64,000 nucleotides of DNA, taken from Candidatus Heimdallarchaeota archaeon (GTDB lineage: Archaea; Asgardarchaeota; Heimdallarchaeia; Heimdallarchaeales; Heimdallarchaeaceae). The stretch lies in assembly GCA_019057815.1 (NCBI GenBank), contig JAHLWR010000002.1:68902-132901 (forward strand), given 5' to 3'. The notes below the pieces were generated by a model, which was not told where the DNA came from, ran no database searches, and saw nothing but the letters and a program-made list of their open reading frames with translations. Each line of letters starts with the position of its first letter. Positions within the stretch are counted from its first letter, which is position 1. A program made the translations under genes and the position numbers. Below are positions 48,598 to 59,012 of the stretch, in pieces.

Positions 48598-51500
48598 CTA
48601 TTTGTAATAAGCTGATTTTCTCGAAAACAGAGCTATTACTAGAACAATTATTGTCAATGCTGCTGCACTGATAAGAGGGTACAAGTATGGCAAGGATGAA
48701 AATGTTATTTCAATATCTGTTGATATTAGTGGTATCTTGATCTTAATAACTGGTGAAAATGCTGACCATTCAAATGAGAATTGCTCTCCTTCTATCACTT
48801 CAGGTACATCCATTTTTATCTGGTGAACTTCTGAAACCATATTAGTAATCTCAAAGTTTGTATTAGCTGTTTGGAAAGTTGTTCCTTGGATTTCATAAAG
48901 AGACGAATATATTATAATTATCGGAGGAATAACAATTTCTCCCTCAATATTACTGAATACTTCTTGGATTCTAACCATTTCACCGGGATTTAAAGTCACG
49001 TTAGCTAGATTTACTTTAGTGCATGAGAGGGTCGCTGAAGATGTTGTTGTAAGTAAGATTTCATTCTCTTCAGTGATATAGTGACTTGTTACTGATAACG
49101 AATCAGCTAGTGAATTATCCAAAACCTGCGATATTGTAAGATTAGATGAAGAAAGACCAGTATTCGTTATTTCATAAATTACGGTTACTTGATTGTCTTC
49201 TGTAATTTGGTAATCAAAATCTAGAGATAACTCAGGTACAGGAAAACTTGGTCTTGTCTGATTTTGAAGTAAGAGTGGTGGAACAAGAATACCCGTAACC
49301 ATTGTAGAGCTTACAACATTCTTAGTTTCTCCACTAAATGTCCAAATTAATGGTTCGTTGGACCAAGGATTAGGAATCTCTAATGAATCTTCTGATTTAT
49401 CAGAAATAAAACTAATTAATGCCACATAAGTATTCAAACCTATATTGCTATTTGCATTTATTGAAAATTCTTTTACAAAACCTGTGTTACTATCTATATG
49501 GCTAATACTAAAGGATTTTATTAGAACAATTTCTGTTGGCAACCACAGATAATTAAGTTTCAAGTTAACAATATCTACACGAACATCATATGCAGTTAGT
49601 GTTCCAACATTCTGGATATCAAGCAGAAAAGAAACCTTATCACCTACAACATAGATTGATTCATTTGAAAGTAACGTACTTCTAAGTACAGCCTCTTCAT
49701 CGCCTATTTGGAGATTGAGACCGTTTGTTAACCCATAATATTCTCTTCCAATTACATCTTGATATTTGAATCTGCTACCTAATGAAACAAATGTATCCGA
49801 AGCTGCATAATAATCACTAAGAAACCTTCCACTGATATTATTTTGCGCAAACATAGCTATCATGAGATTCTTATAATCGTATTCATAACTTTGGAATAAT
49901 ATGTAGTCAAAAACTTCATCATATGATTGCACCTCAAAACGAAAAATACCAAACCTATCATTTGTTGTCGGAACATTCGCCAAATTCCATGAGATTTCTA
50001 CTGATTCATTTACATCAAGAACAGGTATATTACAGTAAAGATATGACCCAAAGATTGTTGAAACGTATGTAAAATCATTTTGATTTAATTGAAACAAAAT
50101 GATCTCATCATAGAGATTTTCGTACAGTGTATCATAGGCATTGTTAATTGCTGGTAAAAGAAGTTGATAAACTTCTTGAATCTTACCTGTTAGATTAGTA
50201 TAGAAATCCTCGATATCAAAATCTTTCATATATTCATCGAGTTTTTGTATAATAACATTGTATACATCCAAAGGAATACCATTTGAGCTCAATATTTCTA
50301 AATATTCATTTAACACGATAGTTGTGTTATCCATCCACCTTACAAGCATACCTTCAGTAATATTCTCATACCATCCTTGAATATCAAGTACTGGAATAGT
50401 AACATTTACATCTACAATATTATCGTAATAAACGCTAATTTGTATGAACGATGAAACAGTTTCATCGATTCTTATATCTTCTTTTAGAACAGGTGCATTA
50501 GCCCCATGTAACAATATTTCTTTAAAATCCTCTGGAATTGGAAAAACTATTGTTGTGTTTATTGCTGGAGACGAACCAACATTTCTAACACTATAAACCA
50601 TATCTAATACTCCATTTTGATTTAGATTATCATCAGAATAAGAAGAAGTTGTAACAACCCGTGGATATTCCATATCTAAGAATGTAGCAGGATAGTACTC
50701 AACTAGTGCATCAAAAGCTTGAAATCTTGGTATTAGAAGAAAACGTAGAGACCACTCAAAAACACCTGTAATCTCTGGAGCAAAATTATCTGGAGAGGGA
50801 GAGAGATGAGTGATATTTGCGGGAAAAGGCAGTTTGAAACTCACTTTCGATGAAATAGAACGAGGATTTGAAATGAGCTTTTCTCCTAAAACATTACTAA
50901 CATTCATGCTTCGCAATTGATTATTTTTACTTATACCTTTTTCAAGACCAAGCATAGCTTTACGGACTGTGAAGAACTGTCCATCATCAGATTTTTTAAG
51001 GGTATAACCAAATGCATATATTATCGGATTAGCTTTTATTCGCTCAAAAAAGATGTCTTCAAAATTACCATTACTACTATCATTATCTGGAGCAAAAACG
51101 TCAACAAAAGCGACCAGAGCTTTAGAATAGGATAAAGCAGCCATTAAGGATAACTGAACTGAATATATACCGATTCTTTGGATATTATAGATTTCAAGCA
51201 TCACACCATAATGGTCATAAAAAACCTGTTGTACATGTTGGTACATATTTTGAATAATTTGTAGATTTGTTGTTTGAATTACTATTTTTACGCTCAAACC
51301 ATTTGGAAATTGCCAAAGAGGGTTTGTCCAGATTTTAGAAAAATTAGTTTGTTCAGTCACTATAAAATCAATTCGCGATACCCTTAATAGTGCAGGAGAT
51401 AGAAAATCAAAGTGAGTTTCATTTCTCATTCCATTTAATTCTAGATTCAAGAGAGCTGATTCTTCTTTTCCTGCAATTATTTCTATGCTCTCATAATATA

Positions 51501-51663
51501 GATTGTTAAAAAAAGAAGAAGTGGAAGAAGTAATTGAGCCAGTTTCTACTTCTGATGCTTTAACAGAAGGAGTAAAAAACAAAACAGAGAGTAACACAGT
51601 GAGTACAAAAACGCATTTCACGATAGATGGGGTATTTATTTTCCAATATATTTCCGCACTCAT
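48598..51663 (-). CDS. Large (1021 aa) secreted surface protein with CARDB/DUF11-like beta-sandwich repeats and a C-terminal TM anchor
   Basis: It has a signal peptide. Repeats such as VYSVRNVGSSPAINTTIVFPIPE, LLDIQNVGTLTAYDVRVDIVNL and VIYEITNTGLSSSNLTISQ are present. It ends in a C-terminal TM helix plus RKSAYYK. Confidence 0.5.
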   Translation of the reverse strand: MSAEIYWKINTPSIVKCVFVLTVLLSVLFFTPSVKASEVETGSITSSTSSFFNNLYYESIEIIAGKEESALLNLELNGMRNETHFDFLSPALLRVSRIDFIVTEQTNFSKIWTNPLWQFPNGLSVKIVIQTTNLQIIQNMYQHVQQVFYDHYGVMLEIYNIQRIGIYSVQLSLMAALSYSKALVAFVDVFAPDNDSSNGNFEDIFFERIKANPIIYAFGYTLKKSDDGQFFTVRKAMLGLEKGISKNNQLRSMNVSNVLGEKLISNPRSISSKVSFKLPFPANITHLSPSPDNFAPEITGVFEWSLRFLLIPRFQAFDALVEYYPATFLDMEYPRVVTTSSYSDDNLNQNGVLDMVYSVRNVGSSPAINTTIVFPIPEDFKEILLHGANAPVLKEDIRIDETVSSFIQISVYYDNIVDVNVTIPVLDIQGWYENITEGMLVRWMDNTTIVLNEYLEILSSNGIPLDVYNVIIQKLDEYMKDFDIEDFYTNLTGKIQEVYQLLLPAINNAYDTLYENLYDEIILFQLNQNDFTYVSTIFGSYLYCNIPVLDVNESVEISWNLANVPTTNDRFGIFRFEVQSYDEVFDYILFQSYEYDYKNLMIAMFAQNNISGRFLSDYYAASDTFVSLGSRFKYQDVIGREYYGLTNGLNLQIGDEEAVLRSTLLSNESIYVVGDKVSFLLDIQNVGTLTAYDVRVDIVNLKLNYLWLPTEIVLIKSFSISHIDSNTGFVKEFSINANSNIGLNTYVALISFISDKSEDSLEIPNPWSNEPLIWTFSGETKNVVSSTMVTGILVPPLLLQNQTRPSFPVPELSLDFDYQITEDNQVTVIYEITNTGLSSSNLTISQVLDNSLADSLSVTSHYITEENEILLTTTSSATLSCTKVNLANVTLNPGEMVRIQEVFSNIEGEIVIPPIIIIYSSLYEIQGTTFQTANTNFEITNMVSEVHQIKMDVPEVIEGEQFSFEWSAFSPVIKIKIPLISTDIEITFSSLPYLYPLISAAALTIIVLVIALFSRKSAYYK

Positions 51664-51763
51664 AGTGAAACCCTCTTATGTTTATTTAAGTTCAAAGTCA
51701 ATTTTAAGGATTCTTTTCTAATTATATAGTGTTTACTTCGAGAAAATTCGAACTTCATCATAA

Positions 51764-52603
51764 TTACCACACCAAACCATTCATAATCAGAAACGCCAGC
51801 CCGTTTAGAGTGTAACTTGTCACTAAAGCGACAATTCCTGCCTTTTCAATCCTTAATTCTTTTATAACTATAATTGCCTCAATAAGTAAACCCAAAGTAA
51901 TAATTTGTGTAAAAATTAAAATTACAAACAACCATATTTCAAGATCTAACGGAGATACTGGATAATCAAAATCTACTACTAAAGATTCTAGAAGACTAAA
52001 AAGTACTAGTGGTATCTGTACTATTACAATACTTTGAAAAAGAGCCAATTTTTCTTTCTTTCTTTTGAAAAGAAATGAAGAAAATAATTCACATAGAATA
52101 TATGTTACAAGAGTAGAAACAATAAAGAAAATGGGTGCGAAATATGCAGGAGATATTAAAGAAGGAAATAAGAATACAGGACTTGTTGACATGAAAAAAG
52201 TGGACACAGTTAATCCTACAAATAGAAGGAGTGTAAACCCTAGAGAACGAACAGAATCTGCATATATTAACTGAAAAACAGATCGAAGAAATAATGTATG
52301 AAGAAAGGATAATTTTCCATATGCTTGGATTTCAGGAGCAGAGACATCTAGCTCATCTTCAATTAATACATAAGCTCTTCTTCCCTTTTCAGACAACAAG
52401 TATTTTTTAGTAGCATTTTGAGTTATTAATTCTCCAAGAGTATCTAAATGATGGTATAATGTACCAACTTTTGTACCAAAACGTGATTGAATGTCGGTAA
52501 ACGAAACAACCCTCTTTTCTCCAATAAACACAAGTAAGTCCCTTCTTATTTGATTGGAGAGAGCTTTCCAAATATTCGAAGAAAGCTGTTTCTTGGAATT
52601 CAT
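51764..52603 (-). CDS. Membrane-tethered wHTH (ArsR-like) transcriptional regulator
   Basis: Its N-terminal part IRRDLLVFIGEKRVVSFTDIQSRFGTKVGTLYHHLDTL is wHTH-like. Its C-terminal half has 4-5 TM helices. Confidence 0.45.
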   Translation of the reverse strand: MNSKKQLSSNIWKALSNQIRRDLLVFIGEKRVVSFTDIQSRFGTKVGTLYHHLDTLGELITQNATKKYLLSEKGRRAYVLIEDELDVSAPEIQAYGKLSFLHTLFLRSVFQLIYADSVRSLGFTLLLFVGLTVSTFFMSTSPVFLFPSLISPAYFAPIFFIVSTLVTYILCELFSSFLFKRKKEKLALFQSIVIVQIPLVLFSLLESLVVDFDYPVSPLDLEIWLFVILIFTQIITLGLLIEAIIVIKELRIEKAGIVALVTSYTLNGLAFLIMNGLVW

Positions 52604-52650
52604 TTATAATACTGATTAATACGATGTTAAATTTAAAACTTAGCTTTAAA

Positions 52651-53793
52651 TCAGTAATGGTTTATAAGATTGTATAGTGTATCACGTTCGACAGGAATAC
52701 GATTTGCATCTTTTATTATTGCTACAAAATCTTCCACTGTCATCAATTCACCATACGTTCCACCAGCTTTTTTTGTTATATTCTCAGTAAATAAAGTACC
52801 CCCAAGATCATTTACTCCTGCATCTAGAGAAATTTGGGCTAGTTTTGGTCCAAGTTTTACCCAAGATGTTTGTATATTATTGATAGATTCACCTAAATAG
52901 AGTCTAGCTGCACTATAAAGAGCTAAATCGTGCATTCCTGAACTACTAGGTCGTGCACCTAGAAAGCGGTATAGAATAGTGTTTTGATGCATAAATGATA
53001 ATGGAACAAATTCAGTAAAACCCTTAGATAGTTCTTGTATCGTTTTGAGTAATACTAAATGCTCTGCTTCATCTATTAGTGATTCAACATGACCATACAT
53101 CATTGTTGCTGACGATTTTATTCCTACACGATGCCCCGTAAGAACAATGTTTACCCATTGTTCAGTAGATATTTTATCAGGGCAAATTACTTTTCTTACT
53201 TCATCTACTAGTATTTCAGCAGCTGTTCCAGGAAAGGAACCTAGACCACTTTTTTTAAGTTCTTTGAAGATATCTTCTATATTCTCCCCCGAAAGTTGTG
53301 ACATATAAGCTATTTCTGCAGGAGAAAAAGCGTGAATGTGTATGTTGGGCGCAGTTCGCTTTATTGTTTTCAACAAATCCTTATAATAAGCATAATTTAT
53401 CTGGGGGTCAAGCCCTCCTTGGATACAAACTTCTGTACATCCTCTAGCTAATGCTTTCTGCGTTTCTATTTCAATATCTTCAAGTGACATCCTTTTTGAA
53501 AGAGATCGATCGTTTCTAGAACCAGATTTGAAAGAACAAAACCTACATGTCCCTATACAATTATCTGTGAAATTAATATTTTGATTTATTACAAAAGTAA
53601 CATTTTTCCCTACTTGTTCTATTCTTGCTTCATCAGCTAATTCCATTTGAACTCTCAAATCTTTCCCCCTTTTCTTTAACATTGAAGTAAGTTGCATAAT
53701 TTCTTCTATGTTAGATTCTCTGAAACTTGAGATACTGATATGTTCATCAAGTTTAGGGGGAGAGAGGTTTTTCATGTCAATCTTTGTCTCCAA
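52651..53793 (-). CDS. cofH: Radical-SAM FO synthase subunit CofH-like (MqnC/MqnE-like alternatives cannot be excluded)
   Basis: It has the CIGTCRFCSF radical-SAM cluster motif of the CofH/MqnC type. It overlaps the CofG-like gene in an operon. Confidence 0.55.
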   Translation of the reverse strand: METKIDMKNLSPPKLDEHISISSFRESNIEEIMQLTSMLKKRGKDLRVQMELADEARIEQVGKNVTFVINQNINFTDNCIGTCRFCSFKSGSRNDRSLSKRMSLEDIEIETQKALARGCTEVCIQGGLDPQINYAYYKDLLKTIKRTAPNIHIHAFSPAEIAYMSQLSGENIEDIFKELKKSGLGSFPGTAAEILVDEVRKVICPDKISTEQWVNIVLTGHRVGIKSSATMMYGHVESLIDEAEHLVLLKTIQELSKGFTEFVPLSFMHQNTILYRFLGARPSSSGMHDLALYSAARLYLGESINNIQTSWVKLGPKLAQISLDAGVNDLGGTLFTENITKKAGGTYGELMTVEDFVAIIKDANRIPVERDTLYNLINHY

Positions 53794-54838
53794 TTATTAT
53801 ACGAATTCTATTGCTTAAATATTTTTCATAAAGAGGGTAAACAGGTAACCTTTCCTCAAGAATATACCTGTCCTTTTCAAGTAGCTTCTTAATTTTCTTC
53901 TCTTCTGGCCAGTCCATTGTAGGATTGATGAAATCTATTGTAACAGGAGAAATACCTCCTAAATCATTAGCTCCATGAGTTAAAGCATCTAGAATACGTT
54001 CACTGTTTAAGTTAGGTGGTACCTGAATATTTACAGATTTGGGTAGTATCACTCTTGCAAGAGATACTGAATCAAGAAAGTCTTTTTTTGATGGAGGGAG
54101 TCTATCAGCCATTGGTGTAGAAGGTATTGGATTGAAGTTTTGAATAATTACCTCTTGGATGTGGGAATATTGTTTGCTAATATTAGCAATAGATAGCAGA
54201 GATTCTATCCTTTCTTCTATATTTTCACCAATTCCAACAAGAATTCCAGTAGTAAAAGGAATTTTGAGCTTACCAGCATTCTCAATTGTCTCAAGTCTTT
54301 TTTTCGGATCCTTACCTGGGGAATTGCAATGAGGATGACCGTTCTCCATTAGACGTTTACTCACAGTTTCAAGCATCAATCCCATACTTGCATTTGAATC
54401 CTTGAGATACGAAAGTTCTTCATAGGAGAGTATTCCAAGGTTTGAATGAGGTAATAAAGCATGTTCCAATGCAACTTCACAAAATTTTTTTACATATTCA
54501 ACGGTTGAAGAACAACCATGATTTGCTAAAAAATCATGAGCATTCGAATACTTCGCTTCAGGTTTTTCTCCTAGAGTTAACAGAACTTCACTGCATTTGG
54601 TTCTTTTTGCTTCATTAAGGAGTTCAATGTATTTTGATGGAGGAATCCAAGATGAAACATCATCTGATACAAAACCACAATAATCACACTTGTTTCTACA
54701 TTGACGAGTTACAGGAACGAAAATGTTACGTGAAAAAGTTATTTTGTTTTTGTAATTCTTAAAACGTTTCTCATTTGCTTTATGAGCAAGTTCTTCAGAG
54801 TTATTGATAACCAGAGATAAATACTCGTCGAGACTCAT
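53777..54838 (-). CDS. cofG: Radical-SAM FO synthase subunit CofG-like
   Basis: Its CRNKCDYCGF motif matches the CofG-type CxNxCxYCxF pattern. Confidence 0.6.
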   Translation of the reverse strand: MSLDEYLSLVINNSEELAHKANEKRFKNYKNKITFSRNIFVPVTRQCRNKCDYCGFVSDDVSSWIPPSKYIELLNEAKRTKCSEVLLTLGEKPEAKYSNAHDFLANHGCSSTVEYVKKFCEVALEHALLPHSNLGILSYEELSYLKDSNASMGLMLETVSKRLMENGHPHCNSPGKDPKKRLETIENAGKLKIPFTTGILVGIGENIEERIESLLSIANISKQYSHIQEVIIQNFNPIPSTPMADRLPPSKKDFLDSVSLARVILPKSVNIQVPPNLNSERILDALTHGANDLGGISPVTIDFINPTMDWPEEKKIKKLLEKDRYILEERLPVYPLYEKYLSNRIRIIIGDKD

Positions 54839-55521
54839 TTCTTTTCCTCATCCAGTAATATCATTGAAACAAGAATACCCTCACTAACGCGTTTTGTTTG
54901 TATTATTTTAACTGATGTTGTTTTTTTCAAAGTGTTTTGTGATTCATCTCTTAATAGAGGAATACCCCCTAGATGTCCTACTAGAATCGGAGCGAAATAG
55001 ATAAACATTTTATCAACTAATCTTCGTTGAATAAACTGTGAAATAATTGTTGATCCTCCTTCAACAAGTAATGTTTTAACATTAAAATCGTTTTTCAAAT
55101 GCTCGAGTATCTGCGTTAAATCAAGAAAATTAGTTGTTTCTTCTTCACCAACAGGAATAATTGTCACTCCAAGATTGTTAAATTCATCTCTTTTTTCGAT
55201 AGGATGGGTTCTAGAAACAAAAATTACAGTAGGATACTTTTTTTGTTCTTTGATTACATTAGAATCTATAGGAATTGAACCTTTAGAATCGAGAATAACG
55301 CGAAGAGGGTGTTTTTTACGAGAAGTAACGTATCTAACGGTAAGCAATGGGTTATCAATGATAACAGTGTTTTTTCCTACAAGGATAGCATCAACACTAT
55401 TTCTCAATGAATGGACTCTTTCTAAATCTTCTCTACTTGACAGATGTAAAGCTCCTTTGTTAGAAGCAATGAAACCATCTAAGGAAGAAGCAACATTGAT
55501 AAACACTTTTGGTCTTTTCAT
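54835..55521 (-). CDS. RibD C-terminal-domain reductase (2,5-diamino-6-ribosylamino-4(3H)-pyrimidinone 5'-phosphate reductase-like)
   Basis: It shows the RibD_C/DHFR-like pattern (VFINVASSLDGFIA...LVEGGSTIISQFI). It overlaps its neighbours by 4 nt. Confidence 0.55.
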   Translation of the reverse strand: MKRPKVFINVASSLDGFIASNKGALHLSSREDLERVHSLRNSVDAILVGKNTVIIDNPLLTVRYVTSRKKHPLRVILDSKGSIPIDSNVIKEQKKYPTVIFVSRTHPIEKRDEFNNLGVTIIPVGEEETTNFLDLTQILEHLKNDFNVKTLLVEGGSTIISQFIQRRLVDKMFIYFAPILVGHLGGIPLLRDESQNTLKKTTSVKIIQTKRVSEGILVSMILLDEEKK

Positions 55522-56684
55522 TTTATTTTCTTTCCGTTAAACATCTGAAATATAATATCATTAGGTGTTGCTCGCAAAGTTATAGCTGTGTAAACATCTT
55601 TCGAATATTTTGTTCTAACACTTTCAAGATTTATTGCTACAAAATCTGCACTATAACCCGTTTCAAGTCTACCTATTTTTCTTTTTGCGATTATACCAGC
55701 GTTTACTGTTAATGCTTTCAGAATCTCAATTGGTTCTATTACTTTTCCTAGACTCAGACAACCTAACAAAGTATTTTTCATCAAGTGAAATGGATCTGGA
55801 TTAGACAACAAGATATTATCTGTTCCCAATCCTAGAAGCACTCCTTCATCCAGAATTTCCTTTATAGGAGGGAATTTCAAACCAAAATACATTGAAGTTA
55901 GTGGACAACACACAACGCTTACTTCTCGTACCTTCAATAGCTGTAAATCGTCTTTTATATCTGCATAGTTAGCATGAACAACAAAATCAATATCATACAA
56001 ATCCAAAGCATGCTGTACATCGGTTTTACCAAAAGCATCAAGAGATCTAGAAACAATGTCTTCAGTTTCTGAAACATGGAGACTCAAAATAATATCGGGA
56101 TATTTAGATTTAAGAAAATCTATATTTTTTATATGTTCCTCATATTTATCATGAAGAGTGAAAATTGTTGAAAAACCTAACCCCTCACATGTAGCATGCC
56201 CTAGAATGTTATTGACATTACAATCCTTATTAGGACGACCAAGAACAATTCCTCTAATTGATGAGAGAAAAGGTACAAGAGCTTTCTTTAGCATAACTAC
56301 ACCTGGCAAACCGCCTTCTCTATAATCAATGAATGAAGTAAAACCATTTTCGATAAGCATCTGTAAACTTAATTTCATTCCATCGATAAGAGCAGGTGAC
56401 GCAATTTCTTCTATTTTTGAATGTTTGAGACCATTCTTTCCAACAACTTCTTGTAATGACAAACCATATCCTTGATCTTTAAAAAAAGAGTCTCCAATAT
56501 GAGTATGAGCATTGATGAACCCAGGAATAAGTACAGAGTGAAAAGGAAGAGAAAAATCGGGTTCAGCTAAACTTTTAGAGGATATTTGTTGAATGTAACC
56601 TTCAGCATTAATTTCAATATACAAATCATGTTCTAGTTGCAGTCCATTACCAATAAGAGCTTTAGGAGCAAAAATAACAGACAC
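55518..56684 (-). CDS. Amidohydrolase-family metal-dependent deaminase (TRZ/ATZ-like; 5'-deoxyadenosine/MTA/SAH deaminase-like)
   Basis: It has the metal-ligand motif NAHTHIGDSF plus downstream His/Asp ligands. It is the first gene of the operon with the two radical-SAM genes. Confidence 0.55.
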   Translation of the reverse strand: MSVIFAPKALIGNGLQLEHDLYIEINAEGYIQQISSKSLAEPDFSLPFHSVLIPGFINAHTHIGDSFFKDQGYGLSLQEVVGKNGLKHSKIEEIASPALIDGMKLSLQMLIENGFTSFIDYREGGLPGVVMLKKALVPFLSSIRGIVLGRPNKDCNVNNILGHATCEGLGFSTIFTLHDKYEEHIKNIDFLKSKYPDIILSLHVSETEDIVSRSLDAFGKTDVQHALDLYDIDFVVHANYADIKDDLQLLKVREVSVVCCPLTSMYFGLKFPPIKEILDEGVLLGLGTDNILLSNPDPFHLMKNTLLGCLSLGKVIEPIEILKALTVNAGIIAKRKIGRLETGYSADFVAINLESVRTKYSKDVYTAITLRATPNDIIFQMFNGKKIK

Positions 56685-56809
56685 AAAAAAAATATGCTGA
56701 TGAGTTATAAAACACTTTTGCCAATTTTAGAAAAGGACTAACAAACAATAAAAGCATAAATCATTACTTATAAGTCTGTGTCAGAGAAAATATCAATTAG
56801 AACGCTTTC

Positions 56810-57232
56810 TTATTGATTTCTTTTCAAAATTCCAACTCTCTCTCTGAGTTGTCCAAAATGACCTATAACATGAAAAATGTTCTGCTTAATAGCATCTTTA
56901 ATAGTTGTTTGTTCTCCCCATTGAAAAGCAAATTCTTCCTCTATTTTCTCATTATCAAAATCTTGGATAGCTTGCATCATACGATCAATTGCACAATTTA
57001 AATCATGATTTGGGTCATTTGTTGGGGTATATTTCTTGGAATCTTTTAGAAACCAAGTTCCTGCATCTTCAAATATAGCTTGTACTAAATGATTGAAAGT
57101 TTCAATTATTGTAAACTCAGTTGGTAAGACTCTATAATTCCAAGCTTTTTCTAATTCAATGATCTCAATGGTTTTCAATCCAAAAGCGTGAAGATACTCC
57201 CAAAACTCAATATAAATAGAAATCTGTTTCAT
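56810..57232 (-). CDS. DinB/YfiT-like (DinB_2) four-helix-bundle protein
   Basis: Its C-terminal motif IFHVIGHFGQLRERVGIL resembles the DinB_2 HxxxHxGQ signature. Confidence 0.4.
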   Translation of the reverse strand: MKQISIYIEFWEYLHAFGLKTIEIIELEKAWNYRVLPTEFTIIETFNHLVQAIFEDAGTWFLKDSKKYTPTNDPNHDLNCAIDRMMQAIQDFDNEKIEEEFAFQWGEQTTIKDAIKQNIFHVIGHFGQLRERVGILKRNQ

Positions 57233-57378
57233 AAAAGAAATACTTTCTTACAGTTAATTAGGTTTTTTGCCAATTTTAATATATACTTATATCCCATATA
57301 CAAAGGATGTAAAAAAGAGGAAGCGTTGAAGATTACTCTTATTATTACTTCGTTTCTATTAAGTTTCTGACCGCTGGT

Positions 57379-58950
57379 CTATTTTTTCTTTGTCTTCTTT
57401 GAGATTATCCTTGTGAGTATTAAGGGAACTATTAGCATAATGAGAATAAATGTGAAGTTTGATTGATTTTTATCTGTAGTAGATTCAACTGAATGTACGG
57501 TAGGTTCATCGAGAGGATATAGATCTTCTGAACTTGCAGAACCATCAATAGAATAAGAACCTGTTCCTGACCAATCTGACCAGTAATTACCTTCAAGTGT
57601 TTCAGTACTATACCAATAGTTGTTAGCACCAGAATCATACGCTTGGGAAGTACCACCAAGGTTATTGTCTACAAAGGTATTATGGTGAAAAAGAATATTA
57701 TCAGAAATAGATGAGGAGTATACTCCATATTTCTCATTTTCTTGTAGAAGATTGTAAGTAACGACACAAAAATCAGAAGAGGAAAGATAGATGCCATAGT
57801 TGTCATTGTTGTTGCAAGTGTTGTTGGAAATAGTAGAATTACTAGAATAGTAAAGATAGATGCCAATATCGTTGTTATCGCTGCACATGTTGTTTGTAAC
57901 AGTAGAACTACCAGAATCATCAAGCAAGATGCCTATGCAGTTATTGCTGCAAGTGTTGTTTACGACAGTAGAACTACCAGAATCATCAAGCACGATACCT
58001 CGTAAGTTGTTATCGCAAGTGTTGTTGGAAACAGTATAATCACTAGAAGACAAAAGATAGATACCTCTGTAATTGCTGATGCAAGTGTTGTTAATGACAG
58101 TAGAATCACCAGAAGAGGAAAGAGAGATGCCATCCCTGTTGTTGTTGATGCAAGTGTTGTTGACAACAGTAGAACCAACAGAAGAGGAAAGAGAGATACC
58201 AATATCATTGTTACTACTACAAGTGTTGTTGGAAATAGTAGAAATAGTAGAAGATAAAAGATAGATTCCGCTGAAGTTGTTGTTGTAGCAAGTGTTGTTG
58301 GAAACAGTCGAACTACCAGACGAGGATAACAAGATGCCATAGTTGTTATTATTGCTGCAAGTGTTGTTAGTAACAGTAGAACCATAAGAAAATCGAAGAT
58401 AGATACCGCTGTAGTTGTTGTTGTTGCAAGCGTTGTTAGTAACAGTAGAAATACTAGAACATAAAAGTTTGATACCATAGTTATTGTTACTGCAAGTGTT
58501 GTTGGAAACGGTAGAAATACCAGAATTCCAAAGATAGATGCCAATATCGTTGTTATTGTTGCACGTATTATTATTGACAGTAGCTGTTACATAAGCGACA
58601 TCATCGATATAAATGCCATACTTTACTGCGTCAACATAGCAGTTGCGAACAATGAAATATTTTGTTGTATCAGTAATATAAATACCATTTTGACTCGTTG
58701 TTATAATATTGTAACCCTCAATAAGATAAGGATCCTCGACAGTTCCTGTTCCTGGAAAAACTTCAAAATCGCTGTCACTTGTTATTTCAATAGGATCATG
58801 AGATATTAATGCAAAAGATATATAGTTAGCAGAAGAAGACAATACAGAATCGAATTTGACTGTTGTATTATTATTGCTAAATAAAAATATTATTATCAAT
58901 AAACCTATTAAAAATATATTAGTTATAGTTAAGTGTTTTTTTGACATCAT
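57379..58950 (-). CDS. Secreted right-handed parallel beta-helix (PbH1/NosD-like) repeat surface protein with a C-terminal TM anchor, copy 1
   Basis: It has a signal peptide. About 13 tandem repeats of roughly 22 aa follow (STVSNNTCSNNNYGIxLxSSx). It ends in NFTFILIMLIVPLILTRIISKKTKKK. Confidence 0.6.
   Translation of the reverse strand: MMSKKHLTITNIFLIGLLIIIFLFSNNNTTVKFDSVLSSSANYISFALISHDPIEITSDSDFEVFPGTGTVEDPYLIEGYNIITTSQNGIYITDTTKYFIVRNCYVDAVKYGIYIDDVAYVTATVNNNTCNNNNDIGIYLWNSGISTVSNNTCSNNNYGIKLLCSSISTVTNNACNNNNYSGIYLRFSYGSTVTNNTCSNNNNYGILLSSSGSSTVSNNTCYNNNFSGIYLLSSTISTISNNTCSSNNDIGISLSSSVGSTVVNNTCINNNRDGISLSSSGDSTVINNTCISNYRGIYLLSSSDYTVSNNTCDNNLRGIVLDDSGSSTVVNNTCSNNCIGILLDDSGSSTVTNNMCSDNNDIGIYLYYSSNSTISNNTCNNNDNYGIYLSSSDFCVVTYNLLQENEKYGVYSSSISDNILFHHNTFVDNNLGGTSQAYDSGANNYWYSTETLEGNYWSDWSGTGSYSIDGSASSEDLYPLDEPTVHSVESTTDKNQSNFTFILIMLIVPLILTRIISKKTKKK
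57700..58560. repeat. Periodic coding repeat of about 66-69 bp (PbH1 units) in copy 1
   Basis: The motif aacacttgc[at]gcaacaa... recurs at a regular period. It generates multiple long spurious alternate-frame ORFs in this span. Confidence 0.7.
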
Positions 58951-59012
58951 TTTTCCATTATCCCCATTGAAATTCTACTTGATTGACACTTTTTAAGTTC
59001 CACCCCAAATAG

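Noticed and set aside
57432-58544. Three alternate-frame ORFs (57432..57659, 57669..57923 and 57960..58544) with hydrophobic translations inside the beta-helix repeat gene copy 1, plus the + strand ORF at 58073..58264
   Set aside because: They lie in alternate frames of the periodic PbH1 repeat DNA. The repeat gene 57379..58950 has a signal peptide, a domain structure and a C-terminal anchor, so these ORFs are by-products of the low-complexity periodic sequence.
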